64,000 nt of DNA from a virus, in IMG/VR virus record IMGVR_UViG_3300017925_000001, positions 45,725 to 109,724 of that record, one strand, 5' to 3'. Positions 1 to 9,837 of this stretch are shown here, piece after piece. The notes below the pieces were generated by a model, which was not told the DNA's origin, made no database searches, and saw only the letters and a list, made by a program, of their open reading frames with translations. Every line of letters begins with the position of its first letter. Position 1 is the first letter of the stretch. Made by a program: the position numbers and the translations under genes.

Positions 1-62
1 GGCAAGGTTCCTCCACCCCCAAGACCACTAAGGAATCCAAGGTTTTCAAGGAGATTACCAAG

Positions 63-764
63 ATGAACAAAACTCTTCTGGCCTTGATTACCTGTCACAC
101 ACGACAGGCATACGCACAAGCACAGCGCGAGACGTGGATACCGAAGATCCCTGCAGGGTTGGACTACAAGTTTTTCCTGGGGCCTTCTGAGCGTACTCCT
201 GGGCCAGATGAAGTGTTTCTGGAGTGTGATGATTCGTATTCAGGCCTACCCTCCAAAATAAGGGCGGCATGTCGTTGGGTATATGACCAAGGCTACGAGT
301 TTTTGGCTAAAATTGACGACGATGTTCTTTTGAAAGCAAGCTCATTCTTAGGTTCTGGTTTTCAAAACTACGACTTCTCAGGGCATACCAATAATGATAA
401 CACAGCTGTGAAGGTTCCGTGGGGTTTTTTATACTTGCTCAGTCGGAAGTCCATGGAGATTATGGCGAACGCTCAGCTTCCACAAGGGTTCAATGATGAA
501 GCTTGGTGCGCGAATACATTGGCTGCACATGGTATACTTCTACACCATGAGCCACGTTATGTGTTGCATCGTGGTAGACGTTCTGATTTTATACCAACTT
601 TCAAGCGTCCCCTAAGGGCACCTACGAGGCCACACCTTATGGACGAGGAAACCCCTAGGAATGCCATAGCAACGTGCATCTTCCTTCACTGGCATGGTTA
701 CCACAATACACCAGATTCAGTGAACATCAGAGAAATGTACAAAGTGTTCAAGGAAACCCAATGA
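63..764 (+). CDS. Glycosyltransferase (GT-A fold, galactosyltransferase/Fringe-like)
   Basis: AQRETW..., D-x-Y-x-x-L-P-x-K, 'FLAKIDDDV' DxD motif, G-F-x-Y-L-L-S and 'NDEAW' resemble GT31-like enzymes; SD GGAG upstream. Confidence 0.75.
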   Translation: MNKTLLALITCHTRQAYAQAQRETWIPKIPAGLDYKFFLGPSERTPGPDEVFLECDDSYSGLPSKIRAACRWVYDQGYEFLAKIDDDVLLKASSFLGSGFQNYDFSGHTNNDNTAVKVPWGFLYLLSRKSMEIMANAQLPQGFNDEAWCANTLAAHGILLHHEPRYVLHRGRRSDFIPTFKRPLRAPTRPHLMDEETPRNAIATCIFLHWHGYHNTPDSVNIREMYKVFKETQ

Positions 765-916
765 CACGCGTAGAAATACTCAGGGCAGCTGCGAAGAAAT
801 TTGAAGACTCTCGGGCCGTTCCAAAGGTTTACCCTAAAGTAGACACAGTAGGGATCAGGAAGTTCTGGGAAGGCCGAAGTAAGCTTGTTTTGGAATGGCG
901 TAAGAAAAACAAATAG
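761..916 (+). CDS. Small basic hypothetical protein
   Basis: ATGA overlap with the upstream stop; AAGGA SD. Confidence 0.5.
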   Translation: MTRVEILRAAAKKFEDSRAVPKVYPKVDTVGIRKFWEGRSKLVLEWRKKNK

Positions 917-1017
917 GTTCTTTCTGCTACTGCAGAAGAAGATGTAAACTTAAACTGTTAAAGCATCCGATAGTTAGGACAAGAAACCTAACGAGGCGGG
1001 GAGAAAAGAGAACAAAT

Positions 1018-1392
1018 ATGTCAAGTGTAGTGAGTCAAGCGATTCTAGATCCTGCCACAACTTTGTTATTCCCAGATATTACAGGCGGCTCGATAGGCGC
1101 TTACTTCAATGTAACGTTTACCGCAGGAACTTATACTTCCGGTGGCGTACCTGTAGGCCTTATGGCTTGGGCAGACCAGCAAACAATAGATTTTCATTGT
1201 TTCTTAATCTGTGCCTTTTACAATGAAAGTTATGATGGAGCATCTCCTGTCTATACGTTCCGTTATATTCCCACAACTGACACCGTGGTTATTTATTCTA
1301 GCGGAGTTGAACTTGCCAGCGGGGCTGCAGTTGCCATTACGGATTCCGTGATTGCTCACGCAGTCTTCAACCGCACTACGACTCTTGGATAA
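1018..1392 (+). CDS. Hypothetical, probably virion-associated beta-rich protein
   Basis: Clean ORF in the late arm; T/V/G-rich composition. Confidence 0.55.
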   Translation: MSSVVSQAILDPATTLLFPDITGGSIGAYFNVTFTAGTYTSGGVPVGLMAWADQQTIDFHCFLICAFYNESYDGASPVYTFRYIPTTDTVVIYSSGVELASGAAVAITDSVIAHAVFNRTTTLG

Positions 1393-1402
1393 GGAGAAAA
1401 TC

Positions 1403-1639
1403 ATGGCAGCAACAATGGGTAAAGATATATTCGCCAAGGACTTCTCAGTAGGTACTGTAGTTTACCTGCGATGCAAAGTCCTTTCTTTCACTGGCGCGGG
1501 CCCTGTGTGGGCAGGTGCCGGGGATACTGTCACTGTGCAGGTAGAGAGTAACGGAAATACTGGGGAAATCACTCCTGGTCCAATAGTTACTGTGTCTCCT
1601 GTGCAATGTAGAGCTACAGGCGCAACATACCAAAGTTAG
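1403..1639 (+). CDS. Small hypothetical beta-rich protein
   Basis: AAGGAG SD before ATG 1403; resembles the repeat unit of 32232..32588. Confidence 0.55.
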   Translation: MAATMGKDIFAKDFSVGTVVYLRCKVLSFTGAGPVWAGAGDTVTVQVESNGNTGEITPGPIVTVSPVQCRATGATYQS

Positions 1640-1769
1640 GACCAGTAACACGAAGATGCAGCGGAGATCAGTCCGCAAGCCCCGTGGGAATCGGGGCACC
1701 TCTTAGGCTCTGTCTAGAAATGTGGAGCACTTATTTATTGTAAGGAACGGGCAAAGAAAGACTCCCTCA

Positions 1770-2819
1770 ATGAAAAAGATTCACCTTGCTTTAGTATTTA
1801 AAGACTTTGCGTATTGGATACGTTCTAGTTGTGTTGGATTGCACGTTGCTGGTTTTACTACTGCAGAAGTTCTGCGGGAGAAGGGTGTGGATGTATCAGT
1901 ATTTCCTGTGCGACACAATGTTGACTTAGTTCATGCTATAGACAAGTATAATGAAACACATGATGAGCCATTGACCCATGTGGTTATCTCTGCTCCATGG
2001 CTAAGCGCACATGATCTTAAAACCATCATAAAGAATTGGCCATGTACAAAATTTATTATTCTTTCTCATTCTAATGTAGGGTTTCTTCAAGCCGATCCAA
2101 ATGGTGTTGAGTTATTGCGCGCTTACCTTGCTCTTGCGACAAGACACACGAATCTTCAGGTGGGAGGCAATTCACATCGTTTTGTAGAATGGTTAGGATA
2201 TGCTTATGCTTCAGAAGTTATATGGTTGCCTAATTTATATCCGTTTGAGACATGTGAAACCAAAAAATGGAAAGATGGAGTAATAAAGATTGGTGCCTTC
2301 GGTGCAGTTCGGCCTGAAAAGAATTTTATGACAGCAGCAGCAGCAGCAGTTGCAATTCATAAAAATCTTGGTGTTCCAGTTGAACTTCACATGTTGTCGG
2401 GAGGCGAAGGGGACCAAGGTCGTGTCGCACCAGCAATTGAGCAGATGTGCTTTGGTATTGAAGGTATATCCTTGATTAGGCACGAATGGGAACCGTGGGA
2501 TAAATTCATAGAGACCGTTGGTGAAATGGATTTGCTATTACAGCTTTCTTATACTGAGTCATTTAACATGGTGACGGCGGACGGTATTTCACGTGGAGTT
2601 CCTTCTGTAGTGTCCTCCGCTATAACGTGGGCACCAGAATGTTGGAAAGTAGATGCAGACGATGTAATGCAGGCTGCGGAGGTGGGCATCACTTTACTAA
2701 CTGATGAAATGGTGCGACGAAAGGGTTTTGATGCATTGAGGGACCATAACGAAATGGCTATTAAAGAATGGCTTAAATGGCTTGGAATTGCTAAGAAACC
2801 TTGGTACAAGTTTTGGTAA
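1770..2819 (+). CDS. Glycosyltransferase (GT-B fold, GT4-like)
   Basis: 'IGAFGAVRPEKN' and 'LSYTESFNMVTADGISRGVPSVVS' match the GT4 E-x7-(E/D) region; start could be 1722. Confidence 0.75.
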   Translation: MKKIHLALVFKDFAYWIRSSCVGLHVAGFTTAEVLREKGVDVSVFPVRHNVDLVHAIDKYNETHDEPLTHVVISAPWLSAHDLKTIIKNWPCTKFIILSHSNVGFLQADPNGVELLRAYLALATRHTNLQVGGNSHRFVEWLGYAYASEVIWLPNLYPFETCETKKWKDGVIKIGAFGAVRPEKNFMTAAAAAVAIHKNLGVPVELHMLSGGEGDQGRVAPAIEQMCFGIEGISLIRHEWEPWDKFIETVGEMDLLLQLSYTESFNMVTADGISRGVPSVVSSAITWAPECWKVDADDVMQAAEVGITLLTDEMVRRKGFDALRDHNEMAIKEWLKWLGIAKKPWYKFW

Positions 2820-2834
2820 ACAAGGAGGACTCAG

Positions 2835-3632
2835 ATGAACAGAATTGAACTCGAAGAGGAACAGGCAAGGCTGCACGAAGCCTCGCGTTTGAAAATGGCC
2901 TTGCTCAAAGAAGCCGAAGAGAAAGCCCAAGCTAAAGCTCAGGAAGAGCAAAGGGAAGCCAAGGAACGCGCTGAGAAACGTAGGATAGACGCTCGGGAAG
3001 CCCAGGAAGCCCAACGTAGAGACGCTTTGCAGAAGCAGATGGAAGCCGAAGCCGAGATGAATCGTAAACAGAAAGAACTGGACGAAAAGCTCAGGCTGGT
3101 CAAAGAACAGGAAGCTCAACGTATCGAGCAAATGTCTTTGACCGAGAAAGCTGAGCAAGAGCGCAGGAATACCGAGGCAAGACAGAAGGCAGCGGATCTA
3201 GCCGCCCAAGCCGAGGCAGATCGAGCCAAGGCTATAGCTGCAGCCCAGGAAATCAAACGACGTGCCCTGCAAGAAGAGCGAGACAAAGTAGAGGCCATCC
3301 TTGAAAGAGAGAGACAGGCTCGACTAAAGCAATTTGTTGTAGAGCAGCAACTGAATACTGCAGCGGAAGCAGAGCGTCTTGAACAGGAAAAGTCTCGACA
3401 GGCTGAGGCTGCTCGTGTTCAAGCTGAGTTTCTAGAGGAACAGCATAGAAAACTTCTGCGAGACAGTTTGAGCACCCTTGAGATGAAGCTTAGTACGTCT
3501 GAGGTTAGTGCAGAGTATCCCCAGGGGCAAGCCGAGGGCGACAAAGCAGCAGTAGGCACTGAAGGTAGTACGCAAGACGAAAACATGTCTGGGCATATGC
3601 GCCGGATATTGAGACAGTTTAACAGAGTATAA
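2835..3632 (+). CDS. Coiled-coil protein
   Basis: E/A/Q/R/K-rich helical sequence; AGGAGG SD. Confidence 0.7.
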   Translation: MNRIELEEEQARLHEASRLKMALLKEAEEKAQAKAQEEQREAKERAEKRRIDAREAQEAQRRDALQKQMEAEAEMNRKQKELDEKLRLVKEQEAQRIEQMSLTEKAEQERRNTEARQKAADLAAQAEADRAKAIAAAQEIKRRALQEERDKVEAILERERQARLKQFVVEQQLNTAAEAERLEQEKSRQAEAARVQAEFLEEQHRKLLRDSLSTLEMKLSTSEVSAEYPQGQAEGDKAAVGTEGSTQDENMSGHMRRILRQFNRV

Positions 3633-3641
3633 GGAGTTACT

Positions 3642-5243
3642 ATGGCATATCTGCTTCCACCTTACTATATTGATGAGAACCCCATAACTCCGAACCTATT
3701 TTTGGGTTTGTGGGGCATGGATGTAGCGATAGCCAAGAATTTTGTAAAAATTGATTCAGCCTTTGGTGCCCTGAGCTTAACTTTTGATGTGAACGGCGTA
3801 CCTGTTCCTCCTCCAGCCGAATTTGTGAACAGTGGCACCGTTACATTCTCGGTTGTGGGAAGCGTTGTCACTGCTACTGCAATTGCTGCTGTGGGTTCAG
3901 CTGCATGGGCTACGCTCACAGGGGATCTCACTGAGTTGCAAGTTGTGCCGTGGGATGGCCCCACGATTGGTACGTCTGACACAGGTATTTCTCGCATTGC
4001 TGGGGGCACCCTTGCTATAGGAAACGGAACTACAGGTGATTTCTCTGGTAGCCTTAAGTTGACGGGTATTGATATTGTTGGGGCACTGACTGATGGTACA
4101 AGCTCTGTAGGTACTTCTGGAGAGGTTTTAAGCAGTACTGTTACTGGGGTAAAATGGGTTCTCCTCAATCAGGCCCCCCCGGGCGCACAAGGTACAACAG
4201 GCGCACAAGGTACAACGGGCACAACCGGCACGCAAGGAACAACTGGCTCTACGGGTGCTCAAGGTACAACAGGTTCTCAAGGAACCACAGGTACGACAGG
4301 TATTCAAGGCACAACTGGAGCAACTGGTGCTCAGGGAACGACCGGAACTACAGGCATTCAAGGTACAAGCGGGACGAATGGTTCGCAGGGTACGACCGGC
4401 GCTACTGGGGTACAAGGCACCACAGGAACAACAGGGCCTCAAGGGACAACCGGGGCTACGGGAGCACAAGGCACAACTGGTACACAAGGTGCTACCGGCA
4501 CACAAGGAACGATTGGGGCTCAAGGCACTACGGGTGATACAGGAGCCCAAGGGACTACCGGCACTACCGGCTCGCAGGGGACTACGGGCACGACGGGTTC
4601 TCAGGGCACAACGGGAACCACCGGCTCGCAGGGGACAACCGGCACTCAAGGTACTACAGGTACGACGGGAACCCAAGGAACGACCGGCACTACCGGAACT
4701 CAAGGCACAACTGGTACAACAGGCTCTCAAGGCACTACAGGCACACAAGGCACTACTGGTACGACGGGTTCTCAGGGTACTACAGGAACCACAGGTTCTC
4801 AAGGAACGACCGGCACTCAGGGAACAACAGGTTCAGGTTCCCAAGGTACTACCGGGGCACAAGGCACTACGGGTGCTCAGGGGACAACCGGAAAGGTAAT
4901 CTCGTTCCAGTTTGGTACACCAGGCGGGGCTGCGATTAGCACAGGTATTCTCGGGTATATTACAGTACCTTTTGGCTGCACGATTGTTGGGTGGAGTATT
5001 GAAGTCGATGCAGGGACGGCAACAGTCAAGACTTTGAAAGTGGCAAGCGGAACAGCGATTCCCACTATAGGTTCAAACTCTATCAGCACAAGTGGTGTGG
5101 CTATTTCTACTGGAACGGTGGTCCAAAGTGCAGTTACCTCTGACTTTACGACAACCACAGTTACCGCCAACGACATTATCGGGGCGGACTTGTTTACGGT
5201 TAGCGGGGTAGGATACATCAACTTCCAGTTGCAGGTTCAGTAG
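3642..5243 (+). CDS. Collagen-like fibre protein
   Basis: TPNL...NF..IDS anchor motif, long G-X-Y repeat, C-terminal beta domain; AAGGAG SD. Confidence 0.8.
   Translation: MAYLLPPYYIDENPITPNLFLGLWGMDVAIAKNFVKIDSAFGALSLTFDVNGVPVPPPAEFVNSGTVTFSVVGSVVTATAIAAVGSAAWATLTGDLTELQVVPWDGPTIGTSDTGISRIAGGTLAIGNGTTGDFSGSLKLTGIDIVGALTDGTSSVGTSGEVLSSTVTGVKWVLLNQAPPGAQGTTGAQGTTGTTGTQGTTGSTGAQGTTGSQGTTGTTGIQGTTGATGAQGTTGTTGIQGTSGTNGSQGTTGATGVQGTTGTTGPQGTTGATGAQGTTGTQGATGTQGTIGAQGTTGDTGAQGTTGTTGSQGTTGTTGSQGTTGTTGSQGTTGTQGTTGTTGTQGTTGTTGTQGTTGTTGSQGTTGTQGTTGTTGSQGTTGTTGSQGTTGTQGTTGSGSQGTTGAQGTTGAQGTTGKVISFQFGTPGGAAISTGILGYITVPFGCTIVGWSIEVDAGTATVKTLKVASGTAIPTIGSNSISTSGVAISTGTVVQSAVTSDFTTTTVTANDIIGADLFTVSGVGYINFQLQVQ
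4182..4892 (+). repeat. Collagen G-X-Y coding repeat (GAQ/GTQ/GSQ-GTT), about 78 triplets
   Basis: Degenerate 9/18-bp repeats encoding GxQGTT. Confidence 0.9.
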
Positions 5244-5250
5244 GAGGAGT

Positions 5251-5934
5251 ATGGGATTTACACATTCTCAGAGCAAGTTGGTAAATGGAACAGTTACGGT
5301 GGCTACCCCACTGGCGGTTACCTTGACCAGTAATCCCTCACTTGGGGATGTTGTATGGGTGTCAATTTTCAACGTTACAGGAGCCTCAATAGGAGACTTA
5401 ACTGTACTAGATTCCAATAGTAATAGCTATACTAAAACAGCTAACTCTCCTTATACTTTAGGAGATAATTCTATTTCCTTGTATTATTTAATAGCTCCTT
5501 CTAATGCGACTAATAGCCTTTCAGTTCACGCATCCCTTGTCACCGCTATTATCTACGTTGCAGTAGATGATTTTGCAGTAAGTGGAGGAAATGCTACTTA
5601 TGATAAAGAAGCTAAAGGTACTGGTACTGGTACTACAATAAATACCCCAAGTATAACCCCTACTTACCCTAATTCTTTATTGTACTCTACCGCTGCGATA
5701 TCCGTGGCAGGCATAACTGCTCCAAATGCTGGAGCTACTCTAGGTAGTTGGACTGGTGGAGCCGGTCAATCGCCTTCTAGTACGAAGTACAACGATGTAG
5801 AGTATATACTTAGTGCTACCGGAGCAACAGCCGTAAACTATTCATGTAGTTCTGGTAATTGGATAGCTTTGGTAGATGCGTTTTATATCCCTAGTGCCGC
5901 AGTCACAAACAAGCCACACGTTCAAATGTTTTAA
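5251..5934 (+). CDS. Putative fibre-associated/receptor-binding beta protein
   Basis: T/S/G/A-rich, AT-rich DNA, follows the fibre gene; AGGAGG SD. Confidence 0.55.
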   Translation: MGFTHSQSKLVNGTVTVATPLAVTLTSNPSLGDVVWVSIFNVTGASIGDLTVLDSNSNSYTKTANSPYTLGDNSISLYYLIAPSNATNSLSVHASLVTAIIYVAVDDFAVSGGNATYDKEAKGTGTGTTINTPSITPTYPNSLLYSTAAISVAGITAPNAGATLGSWTGGAGQSPSSTKYNDVEYILSATGATAVNYSCSSGNWIALVDAFYIPSAAVTNKPHVQMF

Positions 5935-5935
5935 C

Positions 5936-6016
5936 AATCCCAAAGCTTAGCGGCTTTGGTGTAGAGTCGGGAGGTGCCATTCCACCTCCCCGCTCGACCT
6001 GAATGGAGGAACTATG
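5936..6016 (+). promoter_or_regulatory. Structured RNA leader, copy A (two hairpins plus SD-overlapping pseudoknot)
   Basis: P1 CCAAAGC/GCTTTGG, TAGAG linker, P2 GGGAGGTG/CACCTCCC, loop CCATTC complementary to GAATGG at 6001-6006 overlapping GGAGG. Confidence 0.8.
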
Positions 6017-7009
6017 ATTAACAGAAATTTTGTGCGTTTAGTTTTGGCTGAAGGTGGAACAATCAAACCGTTGATGATTTCTTCTGTTGACTCTGGTGGG
6101 CTTGGGCTCTGTAACCCGTCAGTGTTTGTTGATCACGGTGAAATTTGGTTGATACTCAGAAATGTCAGTTACACGATATACCACTGCGAAAATGAGAAGA
6201 GATTCAATAGTCGGTATGGTCCGCTGAGTTATCTCAATCCAGAGCATGACCAGCATTTGCGGACTACGAATTTTCTTTGTAAGTTGACACCAAGTCTCGA
6301 AATAGAACGATACTGGAAAATCGACACTAGCCATCTCGACAAAGAACCGCTCTGGGAGTTTACGGGTTTGGAAGACGCTCGTCTCGTACGTTGGGATGGG
6401 CATCTGTACGGTATCGGAGTTCGGCGTGATACAACAACCAACGGTCAGGGACGGATGGAGTTTTCGGAACTCGAATTGGTCAACGACACTGTAAAGGAAA
6501 TCGGGCGATATAGAATTGAACATCCTACGGCTCCTGAATGGTATTGTGAAAAGAATTGGATGCCAGTGTTGGACATGCCTTACCATTTCATCCAGTGGAC
6601 AAATCCTGCGGTATTGGTTAAAGCTAACCTTACGACTTTGAAGTCCTATCGGGCGATTGAGGTCAATGAGTCTGGCAAGATTGAAGGCATGCCATTTCTC
6701 CGTGGGGGTTCCCAAGTAATCCCTTGGCATAACTATTACATCTGTATTGTCCACGACTGTGACCTGACCAAGAATCTCATAGGACAAAAAGATGCTACTT
6801 ACATGCATCGGTTTGTGGTCTATGACCGGAATTGGAATATAGTTAGGATTGGCGACCAGTTCTCTTTCATGGATGGGGAAATCGAATTCTGTTGTGGACT
6901 CGCAGAATATGAGAAGGACTTCTTGATGACGTTCGGTTTTCAAGATAATAGTGCTTGGATTTTGAAAATTCCATCATCTATAATTCCCAAATTGATCGGA
7001 GTAGCATGA
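6014..7009 (+). CDS. Beta-propeller glycoside hydrolase/phosphorylase-like protein (GH130/GH43-like)
   Basis: 'NPSV', 'GLEDARL', 'EKNWMP', 'LRGGS' and 'IEFCCGL' motifs. Confidence 0.65.
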   Translation: MINRNFVRLVLAEGGTIKPLMISSVDSGGLGLCNPSVFVDHGEIWLILRNVSYTIYHCENEKRFNSRYGPLSYLNPEHDQHLRTTNFLCKLTPSLEIERYWKIDTSHLDKEPLWEFTGLEDARLVRWDGHLYGIGVRRDTTTNGQGRMEFSELELVNDTVKEIGRYRIEHPTAPEWYCEKNWMPVLDMPYHFIQWTNPAVLVKANLTTLKSYRAIEVNESGKIEGMPFLRGGSQVIPWHNYYICIVHDCDLTKNLIGQKDATYMHRFVVYDRNWNIVRIGDQFSFMDGEIEFCCGLAEYEKDFLMTFGFQDNSAWILKIPSSIIPKLIGVA

Positions 7010-7743
7010 CCTTCTATACTTACACGTATCTTCGTGCAGACGGAACTCCGTATTATATCGGTAAAGGGAAAGACTATCGTGCGTTCAAGAATGGGGGTCG
7101 CCCATGCAAGAAACCGATTTACCATTCTCGTATTCTAATCCAATATTGGAAGTCTGAAGAAAAAGCGTTTGAAATGGAAGTCTGGTGGATCAATTTTTGG
7201 GGACGTAAGGATAACGGAACAGGTATTCTTAGAAATTTATCTGATGGAGGCGCAGGCAAGGCGGGATTTATACCTGACCCTGAACAGGGGCGCAAACACA
7301 GCAAATTTCTGAAAGACAAATTTGCATCAGGAGAGATGGGACCTCCCGGCGCTCAGTCTATAGAGGCGAGAAAAAAATTAAGTACATCGCTGAGGGCGGG
7401 ACATGCCTCTGGGGAAATAGTTACTTACAACAAAGGAATCCATGCTACTGATGAGCAAAAGGCAAAATGGTGGACGCCAGAACGGAGAGCCGCTCAAGCC
7501 GAACGGTGTCGTAAAATGGCAATGGAAGTTATTTTTACTCCTGAGCGTAGAGCTGCTTTAGCCGCTGCCGCTGCTAAAAGATTTAAGGGAATTCCTCAAT
7601 CCGAAGAACAGAAAACCCGAGCTAGAGAAGGTTGGAAAAAAGCTTGGACTCCAGAACGTAAAGCCGCTCGATCTGAGAGGGCAAAAGCGCAGGGATTTGG
7701 AACTATTATTCATCCATCAGTTCGGAGGAAAGATGTTTCCTGA
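7006..7743 (+). CDS. GIY-YIG-like homing endonuclease with helical DNA-binding repeats
   Basis: 'FYTY...PYYIGKG...R', 'E...E', 'LRNLSDGG' followed by NUMOD3-like repeats. Confidence 0.8.
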   Translation: MTFYTYTYLRADGTPYYIGKGKDYRAFKNGGRPCKKPIYHSRILIQYWKSEEKAFEMEVWWINFWGRKDNGTGILRNLSDGGAGKAGFIPDPEQGRKHSKFLKDKFASGEMGPPGAQSIEARKKLSTSLRAGHASGEIVTYNKGIHATDEQKAKWWTPERRAAQAERCRKMAMEVIFTPERRAALAAAAAKRFKGIPQSEEQKTRAREGWKKAWTPERKAARSERAKAQGFGTIIHPSVRRKDVS

Positions 7744-8290
7744 ATTACTGAGATATATATCTGATCCCAAGAATGCAGAATATAATTTCCAACTCGGACT
7801 TTGGTATGAGAATTGGGGTCACACTGCGGGAGCAGCGGGTTTCTATGTTCGGGCGGCAGAATACTCCTCAGATGCTTTGCTATCCTATGAAGCTTTGCTG
7901 CGAATCGCCAATATCTTTACACGGCAAGGTGGTCGTGTCTACATGGTCAAGGGTGTTTTGTTGCGGGCCATATCCTTGATACCAGAGAGACCCGAGGCAT
8001 ATTTTCTTCTTAGTCAAGTGTATGAGAAAAACAAGGATTGGCAAGAAGCATACAGCTTTGCTGTAATGGGGCAACGACTCAGCGAAGACCAGCCTAAGCT
8101 TAGGACAAACGTGGAATACCCGGGGAAGTACGCTCTGGTTTATGAGCAGGCTGTCTCCGCATGGTGGATTGGTTTGTTCAAGGAATCCATCACTCTTTTT
8201 AAGCAGCTTCAGAAAAACAAGACAATGCTGCCGATCCATAGCGTATCCGTACAGGATAATTTGCAACGTTTAGAAGGATTAGTAAGGTAG
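7733..8290 (+). CDS. TPR-repeat protein
   Basis: Helical repeats such as 'AISLIPERPEAYFLLSQVY'; GGAGG SD inside the upstream gene end. Confidence 0.7.
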   Translation: MFPELLRYISDPKNAEYNFQLGLWYENWGHTAGAAGFYVRAAEYSSDALLSYEALLRIANIFTRQGGRVYMVKGVLLRAISLIPERPEAYFLLSQVYEKNKDWQEAYSFAVMGQRLSEDQPKLRTNVEYPGKYALVYEQAVSAWWIGLFKESITLFKQLQKNKTMLPIHSVSVQDNLQRLEGLVR

Positions 8291-8311
8291 AAACAGGAAT
8301 AGGAGTTCAAT

Positions 8312-9151
8312 ATGTCAGTAACACTTTACCCAGGTGGTGACAACCCTGTCACTCCGAATCTTGGTTTGGCCTTGTGGGACATGAGCATGACCATGGCTGA
8401 GAACTTTGAACTTCTGGACTCGGCTGTGGCAGCAGGAAGCCTCAAGGTGAATGAGGCTTTGGTCACAGCCCCAAACTTTGTCAACAGCCCTACCGTCACG
8501 TTTTCTGCGGTTGGGTCAAATATTTCCTTAAACGCAGCTGATGATTTTTTATCTCTTGCTGGTAATACACCTACTACCCCAGTAACGGGCTCCATTTACT
8601 GTAATGCTTCATTCACTTTACCAGTTGTTGGAGATTTTACTGGAGGATGGACTACTGAGGATGTCACAGGAAATATTATCGCATCTGGTAACAGCTCTTT
8701 AGTAGGAGGGCCAGCAATATTTTTCACTGTACCGGGCTTTGCATACTATTTCAGTGCAGACTTGGCCGGTGTATCATTCAACTCTCTAGCGGGTGCCACA
8801 ATAGAAATTCTTAAAGGTTCTGGTGTTGATGTAGCCCACGTAGGAAACTCTACCGGTAATGCCGGAATGGAAACAGACACATTTAGCCCTGATAGTAACA
8901 GCTTTTATGGTGATCCAGTAGTTATTGGACAAAGTAACGATACTATATCTTCTAACTCAATCGTTATCTCTAGCGCAACCGGAACAATAGTCAATGGTCC
9001 GTTTATTGAGGCTACAACTAAAACTCCGGCATCATCTTCTGCCGCAGGGGTCACGGGCCAGATCGCTTGGGATCAAAGCTACATCTACGTTTGTTTGAAC
9101 GGCTCAACTCCGAAATGGGGTCGGGCAGCACTCACTTCGACAGGTTGGTAA
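8312..9151 (+). CDS. Fibre/spike-like virion protein
   Basis: TPNL anchor motif shared with 3642; C-terminal 'TPASSSAAGVTGQIAWD..YIYVC...W' module. Confidence 0.7.
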   Translation: MSVTLYPGGDNPVTPNLGLALWDMSMTMAENFELLDSAVAAGSLKVNEALVTAPNFVNSPTVTFSAVGSNISLNAADDFLSLAGNTPTTPVTGSIYCNASFTLPVVGDFTGGWTTEDVTGNIIASGNSSLVGGPAIFFTVPGFAYYFSADLAGVSFNSLAGATIEILKGSGVDVAHVGNSTGNAGMETDTFSPDSNSFYGDPVVIGQSNDTISSNSIVISSATGTIVNGPFIEATTKTPASSSAAGVTGQIAWDQSYIYVCLNGSTPKWGRAALTSTGW

Positions 9152-9185
9152 AGAAAGAAAGAAAGAGAAAACATAGGAGAATTAA

Positions 9186-9719
9186 ATGAAGAACGTATTG
9201 AAAGCGGTTTTATTCGCTGCTATGTCTATCTCTTTATTTGGGACATGCCTTGCACAAGAAGGCAGATTGCAAGTAAAGACTCAGACGCACACTTTAGCAC
9301 TAAAAGAAAAAATCAAGGTTGATCCACCTACCAAGTATGTTTTGTCTGGCACCTATTTGGTATCCGGCAACGGCAATGTAACGTACATAGAACCTTTGTC
9401 TGTTACGTATCTTGACGACCCCTTAACAGTAACGTGCGCGAGCACATGTTCAATCCTAGGCAGCTTAACAGTGCAGACCAGTGGAAGTATTTCCAGTAAT
9501 AACCTGGCTGTATGTATGCTTGTGGATGGAGAACCTGTTCCAAACGGTTGTCAATGGTCTACTGATACTCCAGGTGATGGTACTTTTGTTGAAAGTTCTG
9601 TTTCTTCTTGGGTAGTAGATTTGCCTGCTGGGGAACACACAGTACAGACGGCCATAGCTTCTGAGTATGGCTGTGATTATGAATACTGGGGCTTTCAATA
9701 TTCTGTGTACAAGCCGTAG
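9186..9719 (+). CDS. Secreted/periplasmic beta protein with signal peptide
   Basis: N-terminal basic-hydrophobic-CLA signal; AGGAG SD. Confidence 0.6.
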   Translation: MKNVLKAVLFAAMSISLFGTCLAQEGRLQVKTQTHTLALKEKIKVDPPTKYVLSGTYLVSGNGNVTYIEPLSVTYLDDPLTVTCASTCSILGSLTVQTSGSISSNNLAVCMLVDGEPVPNGCQWSTDTPGDGTFVESSVSSWVVDLPAGEHTVQTAIASEYGCDYEYWGFQYSVYKP

Positions 9720-9725
9720 GGAAAG

Positions 9726-9800
9726 CATCTCAGGTCCTCGAAACCTGGGCTAGAGCTGGAAGGAGCCTAACTCTCCTTCCTTGCTCGATCTGATTTAAGA
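9726..9800 (+). promoter_or_regulatory. Structured RNA leader, copy B (pseudoknot partner degenerate)
   Basis: CATC-P1(CTCAGGT/ACCTGGG)-CTAGAG-P2(GGAAGGAG/CTCCTTCC)-CTCGATCT. Confidence 0.7.
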
Positions 9801-9837
9801 GCTGAATATCTAGAAAAGTGGAAGGAAGGGTAGCGAT

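Noticed and set aside
917-1017. Hammerhead-like ribozyme in an intergenic region with hairpins
   Set aside because: The core CUGANGA/GAAA arrangement is not matched; only simple hairpins are supportable
4182-4892. CRISPR array or DGR repeat
   Set aside because: The repeats are degenerate in-frame collagen codons with no unique spacers; no cas or reverse transcriptase gene is in the window
5936-6016. Leader family as intrinsic terminators or SAM-I riboswitches
   Set aside because: No U-tract; the ATC...AGAG resemblance lacks the SAM-I four-way junction, and the downstream genes are unrelated to SAM
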